NCBI GenBank assembly: GCA_964291265.2
Contig: OZ219747.1
Span: 704,001-768,000 of the forward strand
DNA from: Alphaproteobacteria bacterium
GTDB taxonomy: Bacteria > Pseudomonadota > Alphaproteobacteria > SP197
Reading direction: 5' to 3'
DNA length: 64,000 nucleotides
The position numbers and the translations under genes were made by a program. Positions within the stretch are counted from its first letter, which is position 1, and each line of letters begins with the position of its first letter. Of this stretch, positions 10,415-20,035 are shown in pieces. The notes under the pieces were generated by a model. It saw nothing but the letters and a program-made list of their open reading frames with translations, was not told the origin of the DNA and searched no databases.

Positions 10415-11140
10415 ATGTACCAGGATGTCGCCGATCTCAACTCCTTCTATCGCAGCCGGCTGGGGCAGGTTACGCGCCGCCTGATGCTGGACCGCATCCG
10501 GAACCGCTGGCCCGATGTCACCGGCATGCGTGTCATGGGTCTGGGCTATGCCACTCCCTTCCTCGACATCTTCGCCAGCGAGGCCGAGAGAGTGCTTGCC
10601 TTTGCCCCGGCCATGCAGGGCGTGATCCGCTGGCCCGGCGAGGGGAAGGCGAGGGTCTGCCTCACCGACGAGGATGCACTGCCCCTGCCCGATCACTCCA
10701 TCGACCGCATCCTCGCAGTCCACGCTCTGGAACACTGCGAGGCGCGCACCGCCACCATGCGTGAGCTGTGGCGCGTCCTCGCTCCCTCGGGTCGCCTCGT
10801 CGTCGTCGTCGCCCACCGTCGCGGATTGTGGTCAAAGGCCGATCACACGCCGTTCGGTCACGGCCATCCCTTCAACGAACGGCAGATCGATCGTCTGTTG
10901 AAGGACTGCATGTTCACGCCTCTCGTGACCGAGCGGGCCGTCTATGTTCCGCCAAGCGACCGCGGCCTTTCCCTGTGGTCGGCGCCGGCCTGGGAACGGG
11001 TCGGGCGGCGCTGGGGGCTTCCCGGACCCGGCGTTCTCGTCGTCGAAGCTGTCAAGCAGGTCCACGGCGCCCTCCCGGCGCTGCGGCGCTACGGGCTCGG
11101 GCGCCTTGTCGCGAGACCACACCGTCCGCGACCCGCCTGA
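10415..11140 (+). CDS. Class I SAM-dependent methyltransferase (YafS-like)
   Basis: GLGYATP, LPLPDHSIDRIL, WRVLAPSG, TPFGHG motifs. Confidence 0.88.
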   Translation: MYQDVADLNSFYRSRLGQVTRRLMLDRIRNRWPDVTGMRVMGLGYATPFLDIFASEAERVLAFAPAMQGVIRWPGEGKARVCLTDEDALPLPDHSIDRILAVHALEHCEARTATMRELWRVLAPSGRLVVVVAHRRGLWSKADHTPFGHGHPFNERQIDRLLKDCMFTPLVTERAVYVPPSDRGLSLWSAPAWERVGRRWGLPGPGVLVVEAVKQVHGALPALRRYGLGRLVARPHRPRPA

Positions 11141-11156
11141 TGCGGGTGTCAGCGTG

Positions 11157-11834
11157 TCAGCGCGACCGGCGCTTTCCGGGACGCAGCACCTCGAACACGG
11201 CCTGCTCGGCAAACAGGTTCGCCTGGCCCTCGAATCCCGGTCGGATCACGGTGACCTCTCGTTCCTTCGCGATGCCATAGCAGGTGCCGGTGGTCAGTTT
11301 CTCGATGCGCACCAGGTCCATGAAATCGCGCACCGTGCAGGGCCGGATTGCACTGCTCTCGAACCAGGGCTCACTCAGGATTCGGGTATGCGGCATGCGG
11401 CCCCTTGTCATCAGCGACACGCGGGCACTGATATGTCCATAGTTGAGGATCGACACGATGGCGGTGTCGGCAATGCGCATCATCTGGCGCAACACCTCCC
11501 TGGGCCGCGATACCGCCTGCAGGGTCTGGCTCAGGATGACGCAGTCGAAACTGTCATCGGGATAGTCCGCAAGGTGCCGGTCGGCATCACCCTGCACAGC
11601 TGGCAGGCCTCGGGCGACGCAGGCATTGACTCCGGCCTGGGAGATCTCCACGCCACGACCGTCGCACGACAGCTGACGGACGAGATAGTCCAGCAGAGCG
11701 CCGTCTCCGCAACCCACGTCAAGCAGGCGCGACCGAGACTCGATCATGCTGGCGACCAGGGCAAGGTCGGGCCTCAGGCCAAAGCGGTTGTCGCCAAGGG
11801 TGAAACGGTCCCGAGCCCCCATGAGCAGACTCAT
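11157..11834 (-). CDS. metW: Methionine biosynthesis protein MetW
   Basis: LRPDL, LLDVGCGDG, ILSQTLQ motifs; directly downstream of metX. Confidence 0.9.
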   Translation of the reverse strand: MSLLMGARDRFTLGDNRFGLRPDLALVASMIESRSRLLDVGCGDGALLDYLVRQLSCDGRGVEISQAGVNACVARGLPAVQGDADRHLADYPDDSFDCVILSQTLQAVSRPREVLRQMMRIADTAIVSILNYGHISARVSLMTRGRMPHTRILSEPWFESSAIRPCTVRDFMDLVRIEKLTTGTCYGIAKEREVTVIRPGFEGQANLFAEQAVFEVLRPGKRRSR

Positions 11835-11837
11835 GAC

Positions 11838-13001
11838 CTAGAATCCCAGGCTGCGCGCGACACTATCGAGGAACCCGCGCGTGGTCTCGAAGAGATCCGG
11901 CTCATCGAGCAGGAACGCATCGTGACCCTTGTCGCTTTCGATCTCGACGAAACTCACATTGACCCCGGCGCGGATAAGTGCATGCACCACCTCCTTGCTC
12001 TCGGAGGTCGGAAACAGCCAGTCGCTGGTGAAACTCGTCAGCAGGAAACGCGCCTGCGTTGCCTGCCAGGCCTTCGCCAAGTCCCCGCCGTGATCGGCCT
12101 CGAGATCGAAGTAGTCCATGGCGCGGGTAATGTAGAGATAGGCATTGGCATCGAAGCGCTCGACGAAGCTGGCGCCCTGGTGGCGCAGATAGCTCTCGAC
12201 CTGGAAATCTGCTCCGAACCCCTCATAGGACTTCATGTAGCGGTTCTGCAACTCCCGGCCGAACTTGCGCCACAGCGCCGGCTCCGACAGATAGGTGACA
12301 TGGGCCGCCATCCTCGCCACGGAAAGGCCCTTCTCCGGGCGCTTTCCTTCGCGATAGTAGAAGCCGCCGCACCAGTTGGGATCGGCCATGATGGCCTGAC
12401 GGCCGACTTCGTGGAACGCGATGTTCTGCGCCGAATGACGGGCGGCACCGGCGATCGGCACGGCACTGACAACCCTGTCGGGATAGCGGGCCGCCCAGTC
12501 GAGAACCTGCATGGCGCCCATCGAACCGCCGATCACGCACATGACTTTCTCGATTCCGAGGTGATCGAGAAGCATCGCCTGCACGTGAACCATGTCGCCA
12601 ATGGTGATGATCGGAAACGACGTGCCGTAGAGTTCACCCGTCGCCGGATTGACGGCAGCCGGTCCCGTCGTTCCCATGCATCCGCCCAGGCAGTTCGGAC
12701 AGACGACATGGAAGCGGTCCGTGTCGATCGGCTTGCCGGGTCCCACCATCGATTCCCACCAACCGTTCTTTCCGGTGACGGGATGGGTGCCAAAGACATA
12801 CTGATCGCCCGTCAGGGCGTGGCAGATCAGTACGGTGTTGTTCCTGGCGTCGTTCAGCGTTCCCCATGTCTGGTAGGCGACGCGCACCGGTCCCAGCGTC
12901 TCGCCGGATTCGAGCCTGACAGCCGAGCCTCCCGCCAGTTCGGCGCGTGGTCCGGGAAGGTCGTTCTGGATTTCGTGAACGGCTTTGGGAGCCTCTGTCA
13001 T
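11838..13001 (-). CDS. metX: Homoserine O-acetyltransferase
   Basis: ICHALTGD, GGSMG nucleophile elbow, RFDAN, GHDAFLL. Confidence 0.95.
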   Translation of the reverse strand: MTEAPKAVHEIQNDLPGPRAELAGGSAVRLESGETLGPVRVAYQTWGTLNDARNNTVLICHALTGDQYVFGTHPVTGKNGWWESMVGPGKPIDTDRFHVVCPNCLGGCMGTTGPAAVNPATGELYGTSFPIITIGDMVHVQAMLLDHLGIEKVMCVIGGSMGAMQVLDWAARYPDRVVSAVPIAGAARHSAQNIAFHEVGRQAIMADPNWCGGFYYREGKRPEKGLSVARMAAHVTYLSEPALWRKFGRELQNRYMKSYEGFGADFQVESYLRHQGASFVERFDANAYLYITRAMDYFDLEADHGGDLAKAWQATQARFLLTSFTSDWLFPTSESKEVVHALIRAGVNVSFVEIESDKGHDAFLLDEPDLFETTRGFLDSVARSLGF

Positions 13002-13199
13002 GTCGAACTCAGTCCGCCGTGTGGCCAGGTTCCATGAACCAGGGATTATGGTCAGCGGAGCGTGAAGGGCTGTATGGAGACCGCACCCCGGCCTGTCAAG
13101 CCTTCGACCGGACGATCACTCGGCCCATCGTCAACCATCCTGCCGGCACGCGAAACTGCTCGAGACGACGGGCGCGTCTCCCCGAGATACCGATGTCCT

Positions 13200-13623
13200 G
13201 CTCAAGCAACAATCCCGGCTTGTCGCCATGGCCGGGCAAATGCTTGCGGCAAGGGTGGTTCAGCGATGACCCCGACCGGACAAGATGGGCGTTCGGCGCC
13301 ACCACGACGAACGGTTCATGGCTGTACTGCTCGAAGAACATCCACTGCAGAACAAGGGCACGGGACGGCCGGTCAGTCGGAAGGAACCGCGAGCCTTCCG
13401 CAAGAAGGTGAAGAATGGCACTGGACTCGGCGATACGGCTACCGACCTCGCGTTCAAGGACGGGGATCAGTCCGTTGGGATTGCGGGCGAGGAACTCCGG
13501 GGTCCGGCTCTCGCCCTTCATGATGTCGATCTCGACAGCTTCGCACGCACTGCCCAGGAGGGCGAGAAGCAATCTCGGCTTGCAGCCGTTGCCAGAGAGA
13601 TGGTTGTCGTGGAAACGAAGCAC
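13200..13623 (-). pseudogene. Degenerate glutathione S-transferase
   Basis: SGNGCKPRLLL..NPNGLIPVL..AESSAIL..QWMFFEQYSHEP, then the C-terminal domain is lost; boundary approximate. Confidence 0.75.
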
Positions 13624-14281
13624 CGGTGCCACTCCAACCGAAAACCGTGGCGGTCGGTTTCCGGACACCGTACACGATTGACGAGTGGCGTGAATGCCCG
13701 ATGTTGCGGCAGGACCCTGCCTGAATGACAGATGTCCATCCGCATTCCACAGCCGTCGCGCTGGTCTGCGACAGTCTGTACACGGTCGAGTTCGGCTGCG
13801 CTCGCGACCGACCCTGGTACCGGTTCGAGACATGCGCGATTGAGAGCGGACATCTGAGGGCAGAGGACGGTTCACCATCCAGGTGCCCTGTGACCTGCAC
13901 CTGATCGACCCGGCGGACCAAGGCCATCGTAACTGGCTGACAGGGTTCAGACGCACCGGTCTCACCGCTGCTGCTTTCCGCGGCCGACCGGCCTCGACCT
14001 GTTTGGCTGTGCCCCTCCTGTCCGCGTCCGGAGTTCTGGACAGTCGACGCACCATCCGCACGGCAGATGGCCACGGGAGGACCGCAACGGCAACGACAAG
14101 AGAAGCGAAACCCGGAAGACAAGATGTTACCTGCACGGGTTGGGAGCGCGGGTTCCTTGTTGCTCGACCGGTAGCCGACGGTTACCCGTGACGGCACAGC
14201 ATGCGTGCACGTCATCGCCGACATCGAGCTGTAGGCGATAGCAGTGGCAAGCCTGCAAGCATGAAGCGACGTGTCGGCACG

Positions 14282-14310
14282 TTGCATTGACTAGACTGAC
14301 TAGTTATGAT
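14282..14310 (+). promoter_or_regulatory. vapBC promoter with probable autorepression operator
   Basis: TTGCAT-17 bp-TATGAT; spacer holds TGACTAG twice; ATG is 6 bp downstream, so probably leaderless. Confidence 0.55.
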
Positions 14311-14316
14311 GCATTC

Positions 14317-14595
14317 ATGGCGATCACGTATTCCGTGTACGAGGCAAAGGCACGTTTCTCCGAAGTGCTCCGCCAGGTGCGCGACGGCAAGACGGTCACG
14401 GTTTCCTACCGCGGAGAGCCCGTGGCAGAGATCCGCGCTATCAAGGGACAGGCCAGTCCTGCGCTTGACGAGCGGCTCGCAGAACTCGAACGCAACGGTT
14501 GCCTGGTCCACGCAGCCATTCCAGGAAGAAACATGGGAACCGTTGAACGCCGGCCCGGGGCGCTCGCGCGATTCCTCGACGAGCGGAACGGATGA
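14317..14595 (+). CDS. Phd/YefM-family antitoxin
   Basis: SVYEAKARFSEVLRQVRDGKTVTVSYRGEPVAEI. Confidence 0.9.
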   Translation: MAITYSVYEAKARFSEVLRQVRDGKTVTVSYRGEPVAEIRAIKGQASPALDERLAELERNGCLVHAAIPGRNMGTVERRPGALARFLDERNG

Positions 14596-14993
14596 GCGTC
14601 GCCTACGTCGATTCCTCCGCACTGGTAGCCATCATTTTCGACGAACCCGGTGCATCCGGCCTGACCCGGTACCTCAATGCCTGCACACGCCTCGTTTCGT
14701 CCAATCTGCTCGAGGCCGAAACGCGGGCGGCGTTCGCACGCGAGAACCTTGTCTTTCAGGAGCGCAGCCTCGCAGGGATCGATTGGGTCCTCCCTGACCG
14801 GCCGCTTACGGCAGAATTGGTGTCGGTTCTCGAAGCTGGATACCTGCGCGGCGCCGATCTCTGGCATTTGGCAACCGCCCTCTACGTCTCTCCACAACCC
14901 GGTGCCCTGCCGATCGCAACACTGGATACGCGACAGGCCCTGGTGGCGAAGGCGCTCGGGTTCTCCGTCATGGGGGAACCCCGACACCCCTGA
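14592..14993 (+). CDS. vapC: VapC-type PIN-domain toxin
   Basis: YVDSSALV, LRGADLWHLATA, ATLD; ATGA overlap with the antitoxin. Confidence 0.9.
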   Translation: MSVAYVDSSALVAIIFDEPGASGLTRYLNACTRLVSSNLLEAETRAAFARENLVFQERSLAGIDWVLPDRPLTAELVSVLEAGYLRGADLWHLATALYVSPQPGALPIATLDTRQALVAKALGFSVMGEPRHP

Positions 14994-15009
14994 CGGTCGA
15001 CACCGCGTC

Positions 15010-15155
15010 CCCCGGACACGGCTACTGGCGGAGGCCGCGGCGTCAACGGTCGATGAGGTCGCGATGCGTTCGGCCTTCGGTGCGGTCAAAACGATGCGTC
15101 AACACTTTCGGCGACTGGCCGGAATGACGCCGACGGCTTGTCGGTGCGCCTTCTT
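15010..15155 (+). pseudogene. AraC-family HTH remnant
   Basis: TVDEVAMRSAFGAVKTMRQHFRRLAGMTPTACR matches the second AraC HTH. Confidence 0.6.
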
Positions 15156-15563
15156 CGATCGATCAAGGTCTCTGGCCCCTGCTCGGTCCGGGACGCCCGG
15201 GTCGAAAGGGACTTCGTCCACGATCACGGTGTGATCGACCCCCGTTGTCCCGCATCGAGGCAGCAGTCGCGAATCGGAGGCGTCAGCCGCCTGTCGCTGT
15301 CCGGTCAGGACCATTCTGTTGTCGCGATCGGCGGTGGATAACCGGGTCAGAGGCCGTTCTTGAAGTGGGTGGCACCTTCTCGATGTCGGAACCGGCATAT
15401 CGACAACGAAATCCTGTCCCGAATGGACCTCCAGATCTACCTACAACGCCCCTTCATCGGACGAAACCGGACAAAAGTAGAGCCCTGGCTGTCCGGTTTT
15501 GCCTTTGGCGACGATGTCACCTAAACAGCACCCCTGATCCAACACGTCATCCGGGGCATCACG

Positions 15564-16310
15564 CTGACTTCGCCCGAACACACCCTTGTCCGCCTGCGCC
15601 GGGAGATCGACGCTGTCGATGACGGCATTCTCGACCTCGTCTTGCGCCGCGCCGCACTCGTCGACGAGGTCGCTGCGGCCAAGACGGAGGCCGGCACACT
15701 CCATCGTTTCCTCAGGCCGGGCCGCGAAGCGATCATCCTGCGCCGCATCCTTGCCCGCAACCGCGGCATCTTTCCACCGGCGGCGCTGGTGCACATGTGG
15801 CGCGAAATGGTGTGCGCCCTGCTGCCGCTCCAGGGAACGTTCTCGGTCGTGGTGGGTGGATCGGAATCCGGCCTGCGCGACACCGCACGCGACTTCTACG
15901 GCTCGGCTACCCTGATCACTGAAACCGACGATGCCATCACCGCCATGCGCCGGGTGAAGGAAGGCCGTGACCGACTGGCCGTGATCCCGACGGCGGACCG
16001 TGACGCCCTGCGATGGCTTGCCGGCCAGGGACAAGACGCGCTTCATATCGTGGCCCTGCTCCCATTCGTCCCTCCGGCACCCGGATCCGGGTCGCGCTGC
16101 GAGGCGTTCGTGCTGTCGGCGACCGCACCCGAAGCGTCGGGAGACGATCGAACCGTGATCGCCGACTTCGACGATTCCGGTGATGCGCGCACGGAGTTGC
16201 GCATGGCCACGGTCGACGGTTGGCATCAGGGCGATGAAAAGCGCCGTATCACCATGGATTCCTTGACGGGCATGGTCCTGGGGTCCTATCCCGCACCGTT
16301 TGGGAACTGA
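15564..16310 (+). CDS. Chorismate mutase (AroQ domain plus C-terminal extension), probable CTG start
   Basis: LVRLRREIDAVDDGILDLVLRRA..RPGRE..MWREM; no in-frame ATG/GTG/TTG between TAA 15522 and the domain start; precedes hisC-tyrA. Confidence 0.8.
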   Translation: MTSPEHTLVRLRREIDAVDDGILDLVLRRAALVDEVAAAKTEAGTLHRFLRPGREAIILRRILARNRGIFPPAALVHMWREMVCALLPLQGTFSVVVGGSESGLRDTARDFYGSATLITETDDAITAMRRVKEGRDRLAVIPTADRDALRWLAGQGQDALHIVALLPFVPPAPGSGSRCEAFVLSATAPEASGDDRTVIADFDDSGDARTELRMATVDGWHQGDEKRRITMDSLTGMVLGSYPAPFGN

Positions 16311-16323
16311 CTCCGCTAGCACC

Positions 16324-17421
16324 ATGAACGCACCTGCACCCCGTGCCGGCATTCTCGATATCAAGGCCTATGTGCCCGGAAGAAGTTCCGTCACCGACTC
16401 CCAGGGACGCCGCGTGATCAAGCTGTCTTCGAACGAGTCGGCTCTCGGACCCAGCCCGTGCGCCGTCGAGGCGGCACAGGCGGCGGCGGCCGGCGTTGTC
16501 CGCTATCCGGACGGCAGCGCCCTTGACCTTCGCGAGGCCATTGCCCGGCGCTGCGGCCTCGACCCGGACAGAATCGTGTGCAGCAACGGATCAGACGAGA
16601 TTCTCCAGTTGCTGCCACGCATCTACGCCGGTCCAGGTGACGAGGTCCTCTACAGTCAATACGGCTTTGCCATCTACCCGATCGCCGCCCTGGCGGCCGG
16701 TGCGACACCTGTCAGCGCTCCGGAACGCACATTCCGGGTGGATGTCGAGGCCATGCTGGCCGCGGTCACGGACAGCACGAAGCTCGTCTTCCTTGCCAAT
16801 CCCAACAATCCGACCGGCAGCGTCATCCCGGCCAGCGACGTTGCCAGGCTGCGGGCCGGTCTGCCGGATCACGTGCTTCTCGTGATCGATTCCGCCTACG
16901 CCGAGTTCGTCACCCGCGATGACTACCATGCCGGAGCAGAGCTGGTGCATGACAGCGTCAACACGGTCATGACGCGGACGTTTTCCAAGGTCTACTCACT
17001 GGCCGGCCTCAGGGTCGGCTGGATGTACGGCCCACCGGCCGTCGTCGATGCGCTTCACAGGGTCCGCGGCCCCTTCAACGTCAATGCCGTCGGCCAGGCT
17101 GCGGCCACCGCGGCGCTGGACGATCCCGACCACCTGCAGCACGCCGTCGAACACAACAGCCGCTGGCTGCCTCAACTCACCCGACGCCTGAGGGCGATCG
17201 GGCTCGACGTTCCCGAAAGTGTCGTCAACTTTGTCCTTGCGCGGTTCCCGGGCGGCCCCTCCCAGGCCGCGGCTGCGGAGCGGTTTCTGGCATCCCGAGC
17301 CATTCTTGTCCGCGATCTCGGTACGTACGGAATCCCGGACGGTCTGCGGATCAACATCGGTCTCGACGACGAAATGGAAGCAGTCATCGACACCCTCACC
17401 CACTTCATGGGCAGAACATGA
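16324..17421 (+). CDS. hisC: Histidinol-phosphate aminotransferase
   Basis: KLSSNES, ANPNNPTG, DSAYAEF, RTFSKVYSLAGLRVG (PLP lysine). Confidence 0.95.
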   Translation: MNAPAPRAGILDIKAYVPGRSSVTDSQGRRVIKLSSNESALGPSPCAVEAAQAAAAGVVRYPDGSALDLREAIARRCGLDPDRIVCSNGSDEILQLLPRIYAGPGDEVLYSQYGFAIYPIAALAAGATPVSAPERTFRVDVEAMLAAVTDSTKLVFLANPNNPTGSVIPASDVARLRAGLPDHVLLVIDSAYAEFVTRDDYHAGAELVHDSVNTVMTRTFSKVYSLAGLRVGWMYGPPAVVDALHRVRGPFNVNAVGQAAATAALDDPDHLQHAVEHNSRWLPQLTRRLRAIGLDVPESVVNFVLARFPGGPSQAAAAERFLASRAILVRDLGTYGIPDGLRINIGLDDEMEAVIDTLTHFMGRT

Positions 17422-18305
17422 TCCGGGAACCGCTGTTCGATACGGTCTGCCTGATCGGCATCGGCCTCATCGGCTCCTCGCTCGCGCGGGTCATTCGCCG
17501 CAAGGGTCTTGCCCGCCGGATCGTCGCCTGTGCGCGGCGTGATTCAACCCTGGACACGGTCACCGCACTGGGCCTGGCCGACCGGGTGACGAAGGACCAT
17601 GCCGAGGCTGCCCGCGACGCCGATCTGGTGGTCATCTCCACGCCCATCGGCACCAACGGCACGATTGCCCGAACCATCGCGCCTGTCCTGAAGCCGGGTC
17701 AGATCGTGACCGATGTGGGCTCCGTCAAGCAGGCCGTCATCCGCGACATCGCCCCCTTCATTCCGGAGGGCGTGCACTTCGTTCCCGGCCATCCGCTTGC
17801 CGGAACCGAGGAGTCGGGTCCGGCAAGCGGTTTCGATACCCTGTTCGAGGGCCGCTGGTGCGTGCTTACGCCTCCCTGCGGCACAGCTCCCGGGGCCATC
17901 GAAAAGGTCTCCGAACTGTGGCGCCGCGCCGGTTCCATGATCGATATCATCGATGCCGGTCACCACGACTGGGTGATGGCGCTGACCTCCCATCTGCCGA
18001 CACTGATCGCCTTCAACATCGTCGGCACCGTCGCCGACATGGAAAACCACACCAGGCAGGAGGTCATCAAGTATTCCGCAAGCGGATTCAGGGACTTCAC
18101 AAGAATCGCAGCCCAGGACCCCGTGATGTGGCGCGATGTCTACCTCAACAACCGCGAAGCCGTCCTCGAAATGCTCCAGCGTTTCAGCGAGGACCTCTCC
18201 AGGCTTCAGCGGGCCATTCGCTGGGGCGAGGGCGAGGAACTCGAGGATCTCTTCCGCAGAAGCCGGGACATCCGCCGCGGCATCATTGACGCAGGCCAGG
18301 CCTGA
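17418..18305 (+). CDS. tyrA: Prephenate/arogenate (cyclohexadienyl) dehydrogenase
   Basis: GIGLIGSS Rossmann motif, TDVGSVK, GHPLAGTE, SHLP, GFRDFTRIA. Confidence 0.93.
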   Translation: MIREPLFDTVCLIGIGLIGSSLARVIRRKGLARRIVACARRDSTLDTVTALGLADRVTKDHAEAARDADLVVISTPIGTNGTIARTIAPVLKPGQIVTDVGSVKQAVIRDIAPFIPEGVHFVPGHPLAGTEESGPASGFDTLFEGRWCVLTPPCGTAPGAIEKVSELWRRAGSMIDIIDAGHHDWVMALTSHLPTLIAFNIVGTVADMENHTRQEVIKYSASGFRDFTRIAAQDPVMWRDVYLNNREAVLEMLQRFSEDLSRLQRAIRWGEGEELEDLFRRSRDIRRGIIDAGQA

Positions 18306-18491
18306 TCGCACCGGAACCATCCCTGTCCGGGGGTGGCGACATGTTGCAGACCCACCCTTCCCAATCCATGCATTCGAAGACCAGGTCTGCGAGGCGCCGG
18401 TGCTTGTCGAGCGCCTCGAGGATCGTCAGGTCGACGCCCTTGTTGCGAAGATGACATTCGATGGATCTCAGAAGCCTCTGATGTGAGGACA

Positions 18492-18774
18492 CTACGGCTT
18501 CACGCCCAGGAGCTTGAGCGTCCTTCTCTGGAGCGGCGTGGGCCGCGTGGTGACCTGGAAGGGTTTGGCGTCCGCAAGGCGGGGCGCCACGGTGTTGCGG
18601 GTGATGGTGGCGAGATCGCCGATGAGGGTGGAGAAGCCGTGCACCGGATCATCCCCGGGCGTCCTCTTCGTTGCCGCCCTGGCCCGGGCGCTCGCCGAGA
18701 CTCCTGCCGGCGCCACGGCCGCCGGACTTCGGCGCCTTCGGCCCCTCGTCGTCGACAGCAGGGGCTTCGGTTTC
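18492..18774 (-). pseudogene. IS1634-like transposase C-terminal remnant (continues at 24101-24140 across the IS21 insertion)
   Basis: PVHGFSTLIGDLATITRNTV..PFQVTTRPTPLQRRTLKLLGVKP; CMLAPCVEW on the far side of the insertion. Confidence 0.75.
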
Positions 18775-18929
18775 TGTCGGCGGCGATTTAGAACGGCGGG
18801 ATATTGGCGGAGAACCGCTCTTTTGGGCGCTGATCGTGTGAGTGGGTGACCACGACAGGAGAACGTGCGGCATTGGACGAAGGTCCGCCCGGTCTTTGTT
18901 TTCTGCCTATTGTTGGATCCCATTGGTCT

Positions 18930-19260
18930 TGCATTGACGTTGACGATGTCGTTCCGGTCGGCGTTTTCTGGCGTTCGGCGTTTGTGGAACGTGATGTGGG
19001 AGGGGAGCTTCAGGCTTTTGCGCGTGGTTTCGTTCTGGCGTTCTCCGGCCTCGTCGTGGTTCGTCGGGCGGGACGATCTCGAGGCTGGAGAGCTGACGGT
19101 TTCTGTTGCGCTGGGCGAAGAGGCTGCGTGCGTTGCGGTTGCGGCGGCGCAGGGTGCGGCAGGCGTCGAGTGTTTTCGGGCGGATGCTGCGACCTGTGAG
19201 CCAGTCCGGCGGCGGATCGGGCGTTGCTGCGGCTCAGCGGCTGCGGCAGTCTCGTGATGT
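18930..19260 (-). pseudogene. Degenerate, internally deleted second copy of the toprim gene
   Basis: PDWLTGRSIRPKTLDACR..LFAQRNR and HITFHKRRTPENADRNDIVN parallel the intact gene at 20036-20929. Confidence 0.75.
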
Positions 19261-19870
19261 GGTGTCGTTTGGACGGCCCGGGGGTTTCCCGGGGAGGCTG
19301 AGAGGCGCGTCGGGGTGAGACGTTCTCATTCCTGGATGGTAACGCGTGACCGCGTTCAAGGGTCTTGCGAGATTACGTGTCCCTTCCGTAGCCGCGTGGC
19401 GGTTCGATGTCCTCGAGAGCCTCGATGTCGGCATCGGCGACGCTCTGCAGGCGTTCTCCGTAAGGCGTGTCACGGAGGGTTTCGGGGATGCTGTCGAGGC
19501 GGTCACGCCATTCGTCCTGCAGGGTGCGGCAGGCGTCGAGTGTTTTCGGGCGGATGCTGCGACCTGTAAGCCAGTCCGGCCAGCGGCTGCGGCAGTCTCG
19601 TGATGCGGTGTCGTTTGGACGGCCCGGGAGTTTCCCGGGGAGGCTGAGCGGCGCGTCGGGGTGAGACGTTCTCATTCCTGGATGGTAACGCGTGACCGCG
19701 TTCAAGGGTCTTGCGGGATCACGTATCCCTTCCGTAGCCGCGTGGCGGTTCGATGTCCTCGAGGGCCTCGATGTCGGCATCGGCGACGCTCTGCAGGCGT
19801 TCTCCGTAAGGCGTGTCACGGAGGCTTTCGGGGATGCTGTCGAGGTGGTCACGCCATTCGTCCTGCAGGG
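19149..19870. repeat. Tandem duplication (units of ~370 and ~346 bp)
   Basis: Both units start GCAGGGTGCGGCAGGCGTCGAGTGTTTTCGGG and end CACGCCATTCGTCCT; the second lacks ~24 bp. Confidence 0.9.
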
Positions 19871-20009
19871 CGCGCAGTTCGGCCACGGCGTCGTTCCAGC
19901 GTTGCGGTCGCGAGCGCCGGTCACGGTGCTTTGGGGTGTGGACGGGAGGGATGCCGGCCTTGCGCCGTTCCCGGTATCGCCGCTGCTTTTCGGCGGGCGT
20001 GAGGGGCAT
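19719..20009 (-). CDS. Small helical hypothetical protein, IS21 passenger
   Basis: MPLTPAEKQRRYRERRK..SRPQRWNDAVAELRALQ..IEPPRGYGRD; AAGGAG RBS; alternative ATG 20039 overlaps the toprim stop. Confidence 0.8.
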   Translation of the reverse strand: MPLTPAEKQRRYRERRKAGIPPVHTPKHRDRRSRPQRWNDAVAELRALQDEWRDHLDSIPESLRDTPYGERLQSVADADIEALEDIEPPRGYGRDT

Positions 20010-20035
20010 GAGTGGTCTCCTTGTGACGGACGTGG

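Noticed and set aside
6309-13037. Long ORFs 6309-8348 and 10944-13037 (+)
   Set aside because: Antisense to the AAA-nuclease and metXW genes; typical high-GC shadows
18283-18492. 69-aa ORF after tyrA
   Set aside because: No recognisable motif; overlaps the tyrA end
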